From assembly GCA_951406725.2 (NCBI GenBank), contig OX597816.1, positions 97,898,001 through 97,962,000 of the forward strand: 64,000 nucleotides of DNA, given 5' to 3'. Both the position numbers and the translations under genes were made by a program. Origin of the DNA: Octopus vulgaris (Eukaryota). Positions 58,810 to 64,000 of the stretch are shown in pieces (the stretch's first letter is position 1; every line of letters begins with the position of its first letter). Under the pieces are notes generated by a model, which had not been told where the DNA came from, did no database searches, and was given only the letters and a program-made list of their open reading frames with translations.

Positions 58810-59136
58810 TGAATGCGGTGGTTGGGATGGTAGCTAGTATATAGTTGTTCTTTGTTGATTAGGGGTCTCCTGTTGTGATTTATGGTGTGTGTTCTTGGAG
58901 CAGTATTGAGGAGAGCATCCCGATATCCCATATTCGGGTGTGGTGTTCTAGGAGGCCTTCGTTGGTAATCATTGCAAGTGGTGTGGGTTTGTTGTGCATG
59001 GTTGTTTAACCGGTTAATGGGACGAAGATTTCGTTGGTAACTCCTTTGGGTGGGGATGAGGTTGCAGTGTCTATGCTGTGGGTGTTGATTTATCCTTTCT
59101 CTGCTTGAAGTGGGGTTATTCCTGATATTGTATCGA

Positions 59137-59573
59137 TTTTTAGACAGGAACCTTCACTACTATCAAAAAAAGAATACAGGACCTAACCCTAACTCTGTAA
59201 GCAGCCAGCGATACAATATCAGGAATACCCCCACTTCAAGCAGAGAAAGGATAAATCAACACCCACAGCATAGACACTGCAACCTCATCCCCACCCAAAG
59301 GAGTTACCAACGAAATCTTCGTCCCATTAACCGGTTAAACAACCATGCACAACAAACCCACACCACTTGCAATGATTACCAACGAAGGCCTCCTAGAACA
59401 CCACACCCGAATATGGGATATCGGGATGCTCTCCTCAATACTGCTCCAAAACACACACCATAAATCACAACAGGAGACCCCTAATCAACAAAGAACAACT
59501 ATATACTAGCTACCATCCCAACCACCGCATTCATTTTTTAGACCCAATACGCAAACACAGAGACACAAGATAG
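59137..59573 (+). pseudogene. 3' part of an upstream N/R/P/Q-rich ORF of the PLE
   Basis: Open frame FLDRNLHYYQ...MGYRDALLNTAP; in the left copy (one extra base) it continues RTHTINHNRRPL...RIHFLDPIRKHRDTR*. Confidence 0.55.
59534..59540 (+). promoter_or_regulatory. Candidate -1 ribosomal frameshift heptamer T TTT TTA (alternatively a splice acceptor TTTTTTAG)
   Basis: Upstream frame reads CAT TTT TTA GAC; the RT frame is exactly -1 and is closed by TAG at 59507-59509 with no ATG before conserved motifs. Confidence 0.55.
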
Positions 59574-61862
59574 CACCAAACAAGCAGGAGGAACCAAAAG
59601 TAATAAAAATTATTAATCTAACTCACAAGGAACTAACAGCAAACCAAATAAACATACTTTCCAAAGGACTCAAGTTTACACCCACCCCACAACACCCCAA
59701 CTACAATGAAATGAAAGAAGACATCGCAGAATTCTGCAGAAAATTAAGACTTACTGAGGAGCTATACGATAAATACAACGAGGACGAATCGTTAGCCAGA
59801 AATAGGAGTAACTACACCCCCTCGAAAGGTAAGAATAAAACACTTGATGATTTCTGTGACCACATATCTAATTACCCATATCAACATATGCACAAACAAA
59901 AACACAAACCAAACTTCAGCAAAAAAGAATGAGCTGAGTTGAACAAATTAAAACTAGATAAAACAATAACAATCAAAGAGGCCGATAAAGGGAGTGCTGT
60001 TGTCTTAATGGATACGACATTTTACATAACTTTGGTACTTTCTATGCTGGAAGACACAACATACTATGAAAAGGCACAAAACTACAGTCAACAAAAAATA
60101 ATGAGGGAACTAAAATCCATATTAAACCCATACAAAGCAGGGCTCACCGACAAAGAATATAATTATATGACCAATTTCACAAGTAAAACTAGCCAATTCT
60201 ACGGTATACCTAAGATCCACAAAAGTGAAAAAATAAGCAACGCATGCAAGATAGCTACAGACATAATAATTAAAGTCCCTAATCCTAATGACCTCAAATT
60301 GAGACCCATAATAGCAGGTCCCGCATGCGAAACCCACCGCCTCAGTAACTTTTTAGACACCCTGTTAAAACCACTCCTCAAACATGTCAAAAGCTATATA
60401 AGGGACGACTTAGATATGCTCAATCACCTACCGAATACTATAAACAAAAACACCATACTGGTATCCTTCGATGTAGTCAACCTCTACTCCAATATCCCCC
60501 ACAACCTAGGACTAGAGGCAATCCAATTCTGGCTAGAGAATCACGCCAACGAACTACCACACCGCATCAAAAAAGAATTTGTGATAGAAGGGGTTAAATT
60601 CATCCTGGAAAATAACTTCTTCGCCTTCAATGACAACTTCTACCGACAAAAATCGGGGACTGCGATGGGTACACGAATGGCCCCCTCCTTTGCCAACCTA
60701 GTCATAGGATACCTAGAGATCAGTCTGTATCGTAAGGTTCTAGAAAGATATGGCAGCCCTTTCTCCATCTACATAGAAAACAACTGGAAGAGATATCTAT
60801 ATGACTGTTTCATCCTTTGGCATAAAAATATAGAAAAACTCATAGAATTCCAGGAAATTTTAAACGGACTGGACGTAAACATCCAATTCACGATGGAATA
60901 TAGCCAACAACAACTCCCCTTCCTCGATATCCTCATTAAGAAAGCTAATAATATAATAGAAACAGACATATACTATAAGCCTACAGACTCTAAGCAATAT
61001 CTTCCATTCAATTCATGCCACCCCAGACACACCAGGATGAATATCCCCTTCAATCTAGCAAAAAGGATATGCACTATAGTCTCTAACGCAAACACCAGAG
61101 ACACACGACTACAAGAACTAAAAGATACCCTAATCACCAGGAACTATCCACCTTCACTTATTGACAAGTGCATTCAACGTGCCCTTCAACTTAACATCAA
61201 GGAACTGAGACATCCCAAATCAAAGAAAAACTTACAACCAAAAGCCTTACCATACATCTCACACACAACCCTCTCAATTACGAAGCCTTCGACACCATCC
61301 TCCACAACATACCCCTTCTAAAAAAAGACCACAGAATGAACACAATCCTCCAAACACACACGATCATAAAAAGCAAAAGACAGCCTAGATCCATGAAAAG
61401 TCTCCTTACACAAGCCCGAATTCACTCTTCAACACAGAAGCCGACAGTAAAAAAATGTGGAAGACCCAATTGCGGGATATGCGACTATCTAATTGAGGGC
61501 TCAGAGTTCTCCTTCAAACAGGGACAACGGTTTACAGTGAAAAGCAACTTCATATGTGCTTCGGAGAACTTAATATACTCACTAACCTGCTCCGGGTGTC
61601 AAGAGCAGTACATAGGCCAAACAAAAAATGGTTTGCGTAAACGAATGGCCCTGCACAGATCCCAGATAAAAATTCCCCAAAACAGAAAAATAGCTTTTAG
61701 CCAACACATAGATACTTGCGCCAACAAAAAAACACCAAACTTCAGAATTTCCCCCTCTACCAATTTAGGGACGATACAACCTCGAGACAACGAATAAGTA
61801 AAGAAAATCTCTTTATTACAAAATACAAGCCACTTCTTAACGGGTCTACGACAAACAATTAA
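59534..61862 (+). pseudogene. PLE reverse transcriptase / GIY-YIG endonuclease with a premature TGA and frameshifts
   Basis: TGA at 59930-59932 (TGG in the left copy); frameshifts near 61260 and 61750; natural C-terminus ...RISKENLFITKYKPLLNGSTTNN* ends at 61862. Confidence 0.93.
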
Positions 61863-61989
61863 TATACCTCAACTTTAGAATAAAAAAAAAAAATATATAT
61901 ACACACACAAATATTACACTCCATAGAATCCATTACTAATCAGCCCCTTCATAGCTAAACTTACACCCATTCATATTCTCCCTTCTCTG

Positions 61990-62260
61990 TTTTTTTTTTT
62001 CTTCTTCTTCTTCCTCTTCTTCTTCATCACCATCATTATCATCATCATCGTCGTCATCATCATCACCACCATCATCACCACCATCTTCTCCTCCTCTCCT
62101 TCTTCTTCTTCTTCTTCTTCTTCTGCATCATCATCATTATCATCATCATCGTCGTCATGATCATCACCACCATCACCATCATCGTCATCTTCTCCTTCTC
62201 CTTCTTCTTCTTCTTCTTCTTCTTCTTCTTCTTCTTCTTCTTCCTCTTCTACTTCTCCAC
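61990..62260. repeat. (TTC)n/(CAT)n tract inside the PLE 3' UTR (mirrored at 56085-56355)
   Basis: Present in both arms of the palindrome. Confidence 0.9.
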
Positions 62261-62610
62261 CCCTACCCCTTAACTTTGTCACTAATGTTTTTTTAGTATA
62301 ACACCTACGCTAATTCTATAAACAAGCCTGTCAATATAAATATTCTCCTGAATTGAACTGAGACTGCCAGCCGCCACTGACCATTCAAAATACGACCATC
62401 AGGGCACTCCCAGATTCTCCCACCCCCTTTCCTCACCAGCCTTCTTCCTCTACTACCCGACCAAGAACTCACAACGACCTTCAACACACAAGTGCAAACA
62501 AGGGAGTCAGAGAAAGGCAGAATGCCACTTAAATCTGAACACTACTATAGAAATATTCTTTTAAAAAAACTTTTCTTCTAATTTTTCTAAATTTAATTAT
62601 TTAATCGTTA

Positions 62611-62648
62611 CAGTTGAAAAGGTCTCAAAATGACCGAAACCGGTACTG
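62611..62648 (+). ncRNA. Variant minimal hammerhead ribozyme motif in the PLE 3' region
   Basis: CAG TTGAAAA GGTC tcaaaat GACC GAAA CCGG TA CTG: stem I CAG/CTG, stem II GGTC/GACC, palindromic stem III, GUA site, core CUGANGA replaced by UUGAAAA. Confidence 0.65.
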
Positions 62649-62735
62649 AAATGTTCACTATAAAATTATTTTAGCATTTTCTATTTTTGACTTGTTTTTT
62701 CATATATATCAACTCGTGTGTTCCTTTTCACCCTT

Positions 62736-62738
<3 letters not shown>

Positions 62739-62802
<64 letters not shown>
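62739..62802. repeat. (TA)n microsatellite (right flank of the PLE palindrome)
   Basis: Direct inspection. Confidence 0.95.
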
Positions 62803-62804
<2 letters not shown>

Positions 62805-63236
62805 AGGGATACATATAAGATCCCTTTAATTGTATGTAGTATAATTTTTCTGAATCTTCAGACTTTTCAATATGCTAGGTCACTGGTTATAAATTGATAT
62901 TAATAAAATTAATATTCAAATTTTCACCCTTATTATATATATACATATGAGCTATCAACTCACTTTTGCTCTTTATTCTAAATATATACAGCTTTCTAGT
63001 TTCAGATAAAGTAATACGTAATATTTGGAAATGAATTATAACTCTATGACACCTCACTGTGTTCCATGCCACTCTATGAATTAAGTGTAGTCTGTTTTGC
63101 TACAATAGCTACAACATGACTTTCTTCCATCTCTGTTAAAATACAAAAAATTATATTAGCGTATCTTGTCTGTTGAAATTTCATATCTCTGGATGAACAC
63201 ATCCAAACTTTCACTGACTCCCCTGCTAAATACCCA

Positions 63237-63268
<32 letters not shown>

Positions 63269-63269
63269 T

Positions 63270-63545
63270 TTACTCTTTTACTTGTTTCAGTCATTTTACT
63301 TGTTTCGCCTTTAGTCGAACAAGTAGATCCTAGCACTTATTCTATCGGTATCAAGCTATGGGGGGGGGGGCAAACACAGACACATACACACACATAGATG
63401 CAACGGGCTACTTTTAGTTTCCGTCTACCAAATCGGCCCCAAGCTATAGTATAAAGCACCTACACAAAGTGCCACGCAGTGGGACTGTACCCGGAACCAT
63501 GTGGTTGAGAAGCAAACTTCTTACCATGCATCCACTCCTGCGCCT
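63270..63545 (-). mobile_element. tRNA-derived SINE (family C), internally deleted
   Basis: Minus strand head ggcgcaggagtgg.tg..tggtaagaagtttgctt...ggttccgggtacagtccc; homologous to 22425-22825. Confidence 0.8.
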
Positions 63546-64000
63546 ATATATGTAATATACTGCATATGCATATATGTATATAAATACTTCAGTTGCATAT
63601 ATATGCACATATACAATTAAATAAATGTGTGTGCGTGTGTATGTGTATGTGTATGTGCTTCTGTGTATGCGTAAGTGAGCTAGTGTATATGAATGATTTC
63701 AGGTTTATCTGGAAGAGGAGAAGGCGCTATTCTAAACTCGATTTAGCGTGTCTAAACAAATACATCACAGATGAAAACAGAGTTTTATACTGAGTTTAAT
63801 AAATTCGATATCAACGAAATCTGATGACTGGGAAGAAGGTGCTAGCAAGAGTCTTTTGTAAAATTAACACGTAATTGGAGCATTTTATTGCTTGCATGTG
63901 TTAAGATAAAATTAAATATGTAATGGATATGAAGAAGCTAAAAAATTATATACAAATTATATAAAAAACGGTATAATTCAATTCATCTTTTTACATTCGT

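Larger units (their letters stand above)
55641..59135 (-). mobile_element. Neptune-type Penelope-like retroelement, left (inverted) copy, 5'-truncated
   Basis: Reverse complement of 59209-62701 with few differences; RT and GIY-YIG ORF pieces 57643-58632 and 56546-57679. Confidence 0.95.
59136..62740 (+). mobile_element. Neptune-type Penelope-like retroelement, right copy (includes 73-bp extra 5' sequence and ~30-bp 3' tail)
   Basis: ORFs 59711-59932, 59939-61321 and 61336-61797 carry the motifs above; Cys-rich linker CxxxxCxxC before GIY-YIG is typical of Neptune; tail at 62710-62740, then (TA)n. Confidence 0.95.

Noticed and set aside
59182-59193. Telomere-like cctaaccctaac in the palindrome spacer
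   Set aside because: Only about two units, and it reads in frame as part of the upstream ORF (GPNPN)
59930-59932. In-frame TGA in the PLE ORF as possible selenocysteine recoding (reported in some Naiad PLEs)
   Set aside because: The left arm has TGG (Trp) at this codon; it is not a Cys position, so a simple nonsense mutation or sequencing error is more likely

Overview
AT-rich, microsatellite-dense eukaryotic DNA with no convincing host protein-coding exon, so probably intergenic or inside a large intron. The SINE families and repeat style suggest an octopus or other coleoid cephalopod genome (inference from recognised repeats, not a database hit). Almost all long ORF-track entries are translations of microsatellites. 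The real coding signal comes from transposons: two mariner relics, a Tc1 relic, a Ty3/gypsy relic, CR1 and R4/Dong (restriction-like endonuclease, RLE) LINE fragments, and several Penelope-like elements (PLEs). The dominant structure is a ~7.06 kb near-perfect palindrome (55641-62701): two head-to-head copies of a Neptune-type PLE (RT + GIY-YIG) separated by a 73-bp spacer and inserted in a (TA)n tract. Each arm carries a variant hammerhead ribozyme (HHR) motif near its 3' end and a T6A slippery heptamer positioned to join an upstream ORF to the RT frame by a -1 shift. Both arms share the same inactivating lesions. A similar 'inverted copy + spacer + sense copy + tail' layout recurs in miniature at about 4.0, 5.1, 8.7 and 23.0 kb. 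About nine minimal HHR-like motifs are scattered through the window, including a tandem pair 482 nt apart (retrozyme-like). All alignments and folds were done by eye.
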